Virus record (IMG/VR): IMGVR_UViG_3300011217_000001
Span: 1 to 64,000 of that record
Direction: 5' to 3' (one strand)
Length of the DNA stretch: 64,000 nt
DNA from: a virus
Taxonomy: Duplodnaviria > Caudoviricetes
The translations under genes and the position numbers were made by a program. How positions within the stretch are numbered: position 1 is the first letter of the stretch; the number at the start of each line of letters is the position of its first letter. The notes beneath the pieces are model-generated. The model was not told the origin of the DNA. It made no database searches and saw nothing but the letters and a program-made list of their open reading frames with translations. Below are positions 56,846 to 64,000 of the stretch, one piece after another.

Positions 56846-59320
56846 TTAGCGCATTACCACATGTTCGTTGTGGACATCAGGCACCACGATGTTGGCAGGA
56901 TTGAGGACGCAGGCCTGTGCTTGATTCATGGTGATGTACTGAGTGGCGGAGTGGGAGGTGAGGAACACCTGCGTGATCGTGCGATCATCCACTACGTTCT
57001 TCAAGAACAGCATCAGTTTCGAGCGGTGCGTCTCATCGAAGTACTTGCCCAACTCATCAGCCCAGAGCGGGTAGTTCTGCAGATTGAGATACACCATGGC
57101 CGTCAGCTTGAAGGCGAAGTCAAACAACTCCACCTGCCCGTCCGATCCTTCCGACACGTCACTGATGGCCTTGTTGCTAGCGGCCACCATGAACGGGAAC
57201 TTGTAGTCCAGATCCCCATCATCCATCGAACACGACTGAATCGTCATGTCGTACTCCCAGATAGGAGCGATGACAGAGTTCATGTGATCTGTGAGCGCAT
57301 TGATGAATCCAAGTACCAAAGAAGCGATCAAACCACTCTTCGGAGACATCTCTTCTTCAATGATTCGCAGTGCACGCCGTCGGACTTCCATTTCCTCCAT
57401 GGCCTTGCGCAGATCTTCGATGATGGCCGTCAGGGTGATCTTCTCCGTCATCTTCTGCTGCAGCGCTGCCAGCTGAGTCTGGTGAGTGGAGATCACACCT
57501 TCAATGCCATTGTTCTTCTCGATCTCGATGATCTTCTGGACATGCTCGTAAGCCTGAGACATGCGTACCGTCAGATCAGCAAAACGAGCCAGCTGTTCAT
57601 CGATGCGGGACTTGACCGTGGTCAGCGAAGAGATCTCACTGGACAGGACCGCGATCTCGCTGGAGGTCTTGGCAATGTCCTGCTCCAGACGAGCCAGACG
57701 TTTGCTGTAGTGCGTACCCTCGCCACCACCTGCAATGTCAGACTTGCGCAATGCAGCTTCGATGTGATCCAGATCCTCGACCTTCTGTGCGCGCTCCACC
57801 AACATCGTCGCTTCGTTGATCCACGTGTGAATCATCCCAGAGTGCATCTTGGGATTGTGCGACATGCAGTTGTTGGACGCCACGTAATCCCACAGCGGAC
57901 CCAGACGCGGATAGTCGTGACACAGCTTGGTGTAGCGGGTGTACTGCAAGGCGATCGCATCGATCTCTTCCAGATAGCGTTCGTGGTCAACACACTTACC
58001 TTCCAGCACCTTCACGCCAGCTTCAAGCGCAGCCTTGTTTTCCAACAGGCCATCGATCTCGTTCTCGCTGACACCTTCCTTCCACACGTACCCGCACTTG
58101 GGACAGGTGGAATCCTTGGCCGACATGATCATCTCAATGCGGCGCTCTACCGAGGCGACCTTGTTCTCTTCGCCTTGGATCTGGCGCTTGAGTTCGGTCA
58201 ACTCCTGTCGCACTTCCTCGCGCCGCTGCTTGGTGTAGTAGCGGTTGGAGTTGTCGGGCAGGTTGGAGAAGATATCCACGAAGGTGTTGATGACGTCGTG
58301 GGAATCGGACAGCGTGTTCTTGTTCGGGCTGGCGCCTGCGAAGTTGATGATCTGCGCATCGATCGCCGCAATGTCAGCGCCCAGCTTGTTCTGCATCTCC
58401 CGCAACTTGTCCAAGCTGTCCGCGCCAGATTCTTCAAGTGCTCGAATCACCGTCTCCATGTCGGCGTAGTCACGGGAGTACACGTCGAAGCGACCACGAG
58501 CACCACTGAGGTCGCCCTGCAGCTTGTAGATGTGCTCCTGCATCTCCTCAACGCTACCGAACTTGTATTCGGCCGGGAAGAAGGAGTTGATCTTCAGCAG
58601 TGCCTTGGAATCACGCTCCAGCTGCTCGATGGTCTGGTTGTACTGATGCCACACGTTGTTCAGATGCGGCAGGTCAGTCTTGCGCTGAGAGAACAGCTCA
58701 ACCAGTTCGGCGGTCAGGTCAGCGATGCGTCCGTCGAGGTTGTCCATGTCCTCCAGTGCCAGCAGTCGAGCAGTCTGCTGAATCACGCGACGTTCGTATT
58801 CCTTGATGGAACCTTCAGCATCACGAGCACGAGCAGCAAACTCCTTGTACTTGCTCATGACGTAGCCATAGTCGGCCGTGGACAGTCGGGTCATCCAGTG
58901 ACGACGTTCCTGTGCACGCATACGGCTAAAGCGGATACGGTCGGTCAGCAGGTCATGGAGCTCCTGATCCAGTCCCAGCTCCTGCTTGACGATCTCACGT
59001 TGCAACGTAACCAGTCCACTGGTGTTGAGTTCCACCCCGTCCTTCAAGACGCTGTGCTTACCAGTGCCACCAGTCATCAGCGAGGTGAAGATGTAGTTGC
59101 TGTTGTCATGGGTCAGTTGAACGACCTTACGACCACCCTTGGTGAAGTCTTCCTTGTTCGGAGGCAGCGGAGACATCTCGCGCATCACCGAACTCTTACC
59201 GCTCCCGTTTGTCCCCAGAATCAGCTGGTAGTCTGAGGTCGGGGTATAGATGAACTCGTGGATGTTGTTCAACGTGGCAAGACGTGTATATCCTACGAGC
59301 TCGACCTTTTCAATTCGCAT
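56846..59320 (-). CDS. sbcC: SbcC/Rad50-like SMC ATPase (phiKZ gp165-like)
   Basis: Walker A GTNGSGKS, coiled coils, zinc hook CPKC, signature GSDGQ, Walker B WADELG, H-loop TSH. Confidence 0.92.
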   Translation of the reverse strand: MRIEKVELVGYTRLATLNNIHEFIYTPTSDYQLILGTNGSGKSSVMREMSPLPPNKEDFTKGGRKVVQLTHDNSNYIFTSLMTGGTGKHSVLKDGVELNTSGLVTLQREIVKQELGLDQELHDLLTDRIRFSRMRAQERRHWMTRLSTADYGYVMSKYKEFAARARDAEGSIKEYERRVIQQTARLLALEDMDNLDGRIADLTAELVELFSQRKTDLPHLNNVWHQYNQTIEQLERDSKALLKINSFFPAEYKFGSVEEMQEHIYKLQGDLSGARGRFDVYSRDYADMETVIRALEESGADSLDKLREMQNKLGADIAAIDAQIINFAGASPNKNTLSDSHDVINTFVDIFSNLPDNSNRYYTKQRREEVRQELTELKRQIQGEENKVASVERRIEMIMSAKDSTCPKCGYVWKEGVSENEIDGLLENKAALEAGVKVLEGKCVDHERYLEEIDAIALQYTRYTKLCHDYPRLGPLWDYVASNNCMSHNPKMHSGMIHTWINEATMLVERAQKVEDLDHIEAALRKSDIAGGGEGTHYSKRLARLEQDIAKTSSEIAVLSSEISSLTTVKSRIDEQLARFADLTVRMSQAYEHVQKIIEIEKNNGIEGVISTHQTQLAALQQKMTEKITLTAIIEDLRKAMEEMEVRRRALRIIEEEMSPKSGLIASLVLGFINALTDHMNSVIAPIWEYDMTIQSCSMDDGDLDYKFPFMVAASNKAISDVSEGSDGQVELFDFAFKLTAMVYLNLQNYPLWADELGKYFDETHRSKLMLFLKNVVDDRTITQVFLTSHSATQYITMNQAQACVLNPANIVVPDVHNEHVVMR

Positions 59321-59380
59321 ACGAACCCTTTCGTGCTGTTCTACATAACCTGAGAACGGCGCGTAACTAAATACGAAGGT

Positions 59381-60349
59381 ATGTCCATGAACGAAGCTAA
59401 GCCCGGCAATCTCAGTGAACTGCCGTCAGGCTTCCACTTCCACTCGTTTGCTTACGCGGCAGAAAACCTGTCCATCGAAACCGACGAAGACAACAAGCCT
59501 GCCACTGAACTGCGCGTGTGGCTGGTGGAAGGTTTCCCGATGGCCGATGGTGAGATCACTGCCGAGAACGAAGAGATCGAGGTGGAGGGTGTGGACGGTG
59601 AAGGTAAGGCCTACACCGAGAAAGTGGAGACCACCATCACTCCGTCGGCGCAGTGGCTGAACCTGGGGGGTAACAATCGCCAGACTCCGCCAAACGTACG
59701 TCGTGGTGAGCGCCTGATCGTCTTGAAGTTCGGCGACGCCCCGCAGCTGTACTGGCACTGTCTGGACCTTGACCTGAACCTGCGCAAGTTGGAGACGGTT
59801 CGCTTCTCGATCTCTGGCGTGACCAGTGAGAAGGAAGACGGCACCAAGGAAGGCAACTGCTACTACATCGAGATGTCCTCCCACGAACAGTACTTCATGT
59901 TCGAGAACTCCACCAAGAACGGTGAGAAGGCCAAGTTCACCATTCAGGTCAACCTGAAAGACGGAGCCGCTTTCATTGCCGATGAGAAGGGCAACGAGTT
60001 CGAGTTCGACTCGGTGGATACGATCTTGCGTTTGCTCAACGCCGACAAGACGCTGGTTGAGCTGAACCGCAAGAAGATCCTCATGAAGGCCGCCGACAAG
60101 ATTGAGATGACGGCGGGCAATGAGATCTCCATGAAGACAAAGCACGTGCTCATCGATGCTCCGGATACGGACGTCACGGGCAACGTGGAGATCGCCAAGA
60201 ACCTCGGCGTGCTCGGCACTGCTACCATCGGCAACCTGGTGGTCACTGGCACGTCCAAGATGACAGGTACGATCTCCGGCGGCACGATCGAAGCAGATAC
60301 GGTCAAGGCCTCGACCAGCGTGACTGCACCGAATCTCAAATACACTTGA
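59381..60349 (+). CDS. Baseplate central spike / gpV-like protein (phiKZ gp164-like)
   Basis: AQWLNLGGNNRQTPPNVRRGE OB-like region followed by a beta-repeat C-terminus. Confidence 0.72.
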   Translation: MSMNEAKPGNLSELPSGFHFHSFAYAAENLSIETDEDNKPATELRVWLVEGFPMADGEITAENEEIEVEGVDGEGKAYTEKVETTITPSAQWLNLGGNNRQTPPNVRRGERLIVLKFGDAPQLYWHCLDLDLNLRKLETVRFSISGVTSEKEDGTKEGNCYYIEMSSHEQYFMFENSTKNGEKAKFTIQVNLKDGAAFIADEKGNEFEFDSVDTILRLLNADKTLVELNRKKILMKAADKIEMTAGNEISMKTKHVLIDAPDTDVTGNVEIAKNLGVLGTATIGNLVVTGTSKMTGTISGGTIEADTVKASTSVTAPNLKYT

Positions 60350-60350
60350 C

Positions 60351-60387
60351 GGCATAGGGGAGGGGCACGCGCCCCTCCCCGTATGTT
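60351..60387. terminator. Bidirectional hairpin flanked by GGCATA and TATGTT
   Basis: GGGGAGGGGC-acgc-GCCCCTCCCC. Confidence 0.7.
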
Positions 60388-60389
60388 GT

Positions 60390-61004
60390 TTACGTGATCG
60401 TGGTCTGTGCCATGATCTGGCGCTCGTAGTCCTTGATGATTGCCTGCAGCCGAGCGATCTCGGTATTGGCGGCAATCAGTCGGGCTTCAGTAGTGTCACG
60501 ATTGGTAGTCGCAGCAGCTCGCGCCCGTTCCAGCGCTTCATGCTGCGTCGTGGTCACCACGCCGGTGGATGGCCCCTGAGCGAGGGAGATTGCAGGTACG
60601 ATGCCGAACGACGAGGAAACGGCAGCGGCTACCTGCTCACTCACAAACTCCAGAGGCATGTCCTTGGGAACCATCCCCAAGTTGACCGCCAAGATCGTGC
60701 GCATGTAGGGCACGATGTCCTGATCGGGGTACTTGGCGATATAGGTGTCCGGGACATTGATCGTGGCTTTCTTGTCCGAGATCAGCGTGACGATGCAAGC
60801 ATCGCCCAACTGGTCAGCCAAGTAGTCACTCTCCTCCAGGCCCATCGGCTGATAGAACTCAGCGAAGATGTCGATGTCAGCCTGGAGGAGTTCCGGGAAC
60901 GTACGGATTGCTTTGACCGTGTAGACCACGGCCGCGTCAGCAGCCCAGGGCGAGCGCAGTTCAAACTGACCCTGGGTTTCAATGGGCGGAAGGATACTCG
61001 CCAT
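60390..61004 (-). CDS. Conserved putative virion protein
   Basis: ~204 aa, GAGG RBS, VPDTYIAKYP motif, C-terminal coiled coil. Confidence 0.65.
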   Translation of the reverse strand: MASILPPIETQGQFELRSPWAADAAVVYTVKAIRTFPELLQADIDIFAEFYQPMGLEESDYLADQLGDACIVTLISDKKATINVPDTYIAKYPDQDIVPYMRTILAVNLGMVPKDMPLEFVSEQVAAAVSSSFGIVPAISLAQGPSTGVVTTTQHEALERARAAATTNRDTTEARLIAANTEIARLQAIIKDYERQIMAQTTIT

Positions 61005-61012
61005 CAATCACC

Positions 61013-62356
61013 TCACGTCTGCGGCACGGGCGGGATGGACTGCTTTTCCAGCCACGCCTTGGCCACGACCAGATATTGCACCTTGTTGAAGCTGGCCGCC
61101 GCGTAGATGACGCCGTTGCGGATCAGGCGATTGACCTTCTGCGGGACGTCGGAGAACTCGGTCATGGTTTCAGCAGCCACCAGCAGGGTGGACAGCAGCT
61201 GGGTCCATTCGCGGGTTTCCGGCGACTGGCGCGAGTAGTCGATCGAGGTGGAGGGTACGTTGATGTAGTCCTTCACGTAATCGGTCAGCAGGAAGGTGCC
61301 GTTGCGATTCTCCGGACCACCCACGACCATCAGCGACATCGACTTGAACATCACCGGCAAGGTGGTGCCGTACTCGATGAAGTGATCGTCGTTGTAACCC
61401 GGGCTCTTGCAGGCCCAGCGCGCCAGCTGCAAGCCGTCCTTGTGGCGCAGGATCGGGGAGAAGATGCCAGCCTGGTGAGTCTTGTTTTCCGTGGCGTATT
61501 GCAGCCAGTTCGGAATCATGATAAACTCGGTGCTGGTGAACAGATCCGGGAAGATCTTGACCCAGTCCTCGCGGGGGTGGGTGGAGTTCTCCAGGATGTG
61601 CTTGACGATCTCTTCCTTGATCGTGTCGATGTTGTTGCCCGCGATGCCGTAGTGGATCGTGGTCCAGTTCGTCGGCACCTTGAAGGTCGGGTCCAGGGGA
61701 TCCTGGTAGTCGAACACGTCGGCGCGCACGGTGGTGTACGGGGAACCATCGGCAGCAGCGTCCACGCGCTCCAGCGTCTCGGAGACCGAACGCAGGTTGA
61801 CCAGCGCCTGTACGTCCAGCGGGTCGGCGAAGAAGTCATCCAGGTTGTCGATCGGCGGCACGACGCGGATGGTGTACGCATCGTACTGCAGGCGGAAGGC
61901 CTTGTCGGAGAACCAGATCTTCAGTCGGTTCTCGGGGACGTTCGTACCGGCGGTCAGCTGCCAGGTGAGGAACTCCGGCATCCAACGCGAACCGTCGGTG
62001 ACCAGGTCGCCGAAGGAGACGTTGTCGATCTTGTCGCCCCACTCATTCATCAGGGCGGTGAGGAAGTCCTCACGGGTGCCAGTGATGATGCCCTGCTCGG
62101 ATGCGTTGTAGCACCACGCGCCGATCTTCAGGATGTTGTCGTGGATATCGAACGGCGGCTCGACCGTCGCCTCGTCACCTTCCTCGATGCTCTGGAAGAC
62201 GACCAGACCCACACCCTTGGCCTCAGGCGAGGTATACAGGAGTCGATCGGTTGCGTAGGTCAGCGCCTTGGCGGAGATCTCACCGAAGTCAGCCACGACA
62301 TTGGGTGCGTTGTCGGCCATTGGTCCAATGACCATAAAGCCCTTCAGGTTAAGCAT
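61013..62356 (-). CDS. Virion structural protein (phiKZ gp157-like)
   Basis: 447 aa; MLNLKGF, FGEIS, KIWFSD and WVKIFPDLF..TEF motifs. Confidence 0.7.
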   Translation of the reverse strand: MLNLKGFMVIGPMADNAPNVVADFGEISAKALTYATDRLLYTSPEAKGVGLVVFQSIEEGDEATVEPPFDIHDNILKIGAWCYNASEQGIITGTREDFLTALMNEWGDKIDNVSFGDLVTDGSRWMPEFLTWQLTAGTNVPENRLKIWFSDKAFRLQYDAYTIRVVPPIDNLDDFFADPLDVQALVNLRSVSETLERVDAAADGSPYTTVRADVFDYQDPLDPTFKVPTNWTTIHYGIAGNNIDTIKEEIVKHILENSTHPREDWVKIFPDLFTSTEFIMIPNWLQYATENKTHQAGIFSPILRHKDGLQLARWACKSPGYNDDHFIEYGTTLPVMFKSMSLMVVGGPENRNGTFLLTDYVKDYINVPSTSIDYSRQSPETREWTQLLSTLLVAAETMTEFSDVPQKVNRLIRNGVIYAAASFNKVQYLVVAKAWLEKQSIPPVPQT

Positions 62357-62434
62357 CTAAACACCTCGGTGCTGAAGTTTGGAGAAAGATCACTATGAGA
62401 AGCCATACCATTACTCCCACGGGGGAAACGTAAA

Positions 62435-62986
62435 ATGCTGTACAGCCTGCTGAAAGGGCTTCTCGCTATCTGGCCCTTCCTCAAGGAAGTGGTCCTGGGT
62501 AATGCAGATCTGAAAGAGGTTGTCCGCAAGAACAAGATCATCACTGCGATGACTGTACTGAACGTCATGTTGTTCCTGATGTTTCTGTACATGGCCGATA
62601 AGGTCATCACCTACAACACTCAGGCCGGTACGACGTATCATCAGCAAACACTGATGAAGTACCAGCTGGAAGTGGAGCAGGGGAAAGTCAAGACACTTGC
62701 TGAGGATCTTGAACTGGAGCGTACGAGGTCTGTGCGCTTTGAGGCAAAGTACGCAGAGTCTCTGCTGCTCGTCACTGACTTGACCAACGCCCTGTTGGCC
62801 CGTGATGGCAAGACTCCAGCACTTCGACGTGAGGCTGCCAATGCCACGCCGGAAACCTCTCAGCTCGTGGACAGGATCGAGGCTCTGAAGCGAGACGAAG
62901 TCCCACCTGCACCGCCTGTCACCTCGACCGCACCGACTCAGGATGTCACTCCGGCATTCGATACGGGAGGCCCGCGTCGCCGCTAG
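62435..62986 (+). CDS. Membrane-anchored coiled-coil protein
   Basis: TM IITAMTVLNVMLFLMFLYM, then a coiled coil and a Pro/Thr tail. Confidence 0.7.
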   Translation: MLYSLLKGLLAIWPFLKEVVLGNADLKEVVRKNKIITAMTVLNVMLFLMFLYMADKVITYNTQAGTTYHQQTLMKYQLEVEQGKVKTLAEDLELERTRSVRFEAKYAESLLLVTDLTNALLARDGKTPALRREAANATPETSQLVDRIEALKRDEVPPAPPVTSTAPTQDVTPAFDTGGPRRR

Positions 62987-63038
62987 TATTTCTTTACCTG
63001 ATCCGCCAATCAGATAGGAAACTAGCGGCGGTTGTGAC

Positions 63039-64000
63039 ATGGCAGAGAAGAACGAAGAAATCAAAGCGACCCACGCGGTACTCTATACCGACGGCGGGTG
63101 CATGCCACCACGCGGCCCAGGCGGCTGGGGCATTCATGGCTACACCTTCACACTGGAAGCGCCCAAGCAAGGTTCGGGCTGTCCAAAGGCCAACCCGGAA
63201 GCGGGTGGCTACGAAATGAAAGCATCTGGCAAGCCCTCGATTACGGTCGTCGATTACGTCGACTTCTTCGGGACGCTGCCTGACGGATCTACCAATAACA
63301 TCGCTGAATTGATGGCAGCGATTGAAGCATTCACCTTTGTCCGTGACCACGGGCTCAAAGCGGTGACCATGCACTTGGACAGTCAGTACGTGCTGAAGGG
63401 CATGACCGAATGGCACAAGGGCTGGGAAAGTCGCGGGTGGATGCGCCCGGATGGCCATGAAGTGCCTAACCGAAAATTGTGGGAACAACTGCTCGCGCTG
63501 AAGCGTGAAGTGGAAGGCGCTGGGGTCAAGACTCGTTACAACTGGGTCAAGGGTCACAGCGGCAACCTCGGTAACGTTCTGGCCGACAGCCTGGCAACGC
63601 GTGCTGTGTCTGCATCGATCAACAAAGTCGAGCTGACCGTACGTGACCTCACTCCAGGCAAGGGTTACTGGAATCGCGACAACGATCGCAATCGACTGAT
63701 CTACCAGTCCGGGTGGTTGTTCAACACCCACATCAGCACCGAGAATGCGTCTAAGGATGGGCGGACGATCTACTACACCTGTGACCTGCAGGAAAAGATC
63801 GAATACCATGGCAAGCCGATTGCCAACTCGTGCTACAGCGTGATGTTCCTGAAGCACACCGATCCGGTGATGGAGCTGGTTCGCACCTACCAGAACCATG
63901 TGGATCGCTCCACTGCCAACTCGCTGATCTTTGGCAAGTTGAAGAACATCCTACACAAGGACGTGTACGCTGACCTGCTCGAATACGGCGACACCTTCAT
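63039..64000 (+). CDS. rnhA: Ribonuclease HI (phiKZ gp155-like), runs off the right edge
   Basis: Manual translation from ATG 63039 gives LYTDGG, GGWGIHG, TNNIAELMA, LDSQYVLKG and WVKGHSGNLGNVLADSLA. Confidence 0.92.
   Translation, partial: MAEKNEEIKATHAVLYTDGGCMPPRGPGGWGIHGYTFTLEAPKQGSGCPKANPEAGGYEMKASGKPSITVVDYVDFFGTLPDGSTNNIAELMAAIEAFTFVRDHGLKAVTMHLDSQYVLKGMTEWHKGWESRGWMRPDGHEVPNRKLWEQLLALKREVEGAGVKTRYNWVKGHSGNLGNVLADSLATRAVSASINKVELTVRDLTPGKGYWNRDNDRNRLIYQSGWLFNTHISTENASKDGRTIYYTCDLQEKIEYHGKPIANSCYSVMFLKHTDPVMELVRTYQNHVDRSTANSLIFGKLKNILHKDVYADLLEYGDTF

Noticed and set aside
62435-62986. Possible i-spanin or holin
   Set aside because: The TM plus coiled coil fits, but no lipobox o-spanin or endolysin is adjacent.
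1-64000. CRISPR arrays, tRNAs, rRNA, IS elements or integrase
   Set aside because: No regularly spaced repeats, cloverleaf/T-loop signatures or transposase motifs seen by eye.
1-64000. Alternative genetic code
   Set aside because: Core genes are full length in code 11, and TAA, TAG and TGA all occur as gene ends.

Overview
This window is a gene-dense, GC-rich segment of a phiKZ-related jumbo myophage (Chimalliviridae-like). Replication and repair genes: truncated family-B DNA polymerase (phiKZ gp50 type), UvsX/RecA-like recombinase, SbcC/Rad50 ATPase and a truncated RNase HI. Morphogenesis genes: terminase large subunit, tail sheath and tube, gp26-28-like virion proteins, gp175-type prohead protease, a ~2420-aa gp181-like tail protein carrying both a DUF5675-like and a lytic-transglycosylase domain, and baseplate/spike proteins. 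Transcription genes: three virion RNA polymerase subunits (gp178-, gp180- and gp149-like). phiKZ gene numbers come from recalled motifs, sizes and synteny, not from a database search. Accessory regions (about 2.6-18 kb and 26.5-28.7 kb) hold many orphan ORFs. The main unexplained features are: (i) a ~600-nt stretch with no credible ORF and at least 12 stems, directly downstream of the protease gene, which looks like a large structured ncRNA on the minus strand; (ii) about 18 GC-rich hairpins flanked by a TATG(C/T)(C/T) box whose side tracks the direction of the incoming transcript; (iii) a tripartite early-promoter motif with fixed spacing; (iv) a tandem array of up to 8 highly diverged paralogs; (v) a tandem pair of NADAR/T4 gp30.3-like genes.
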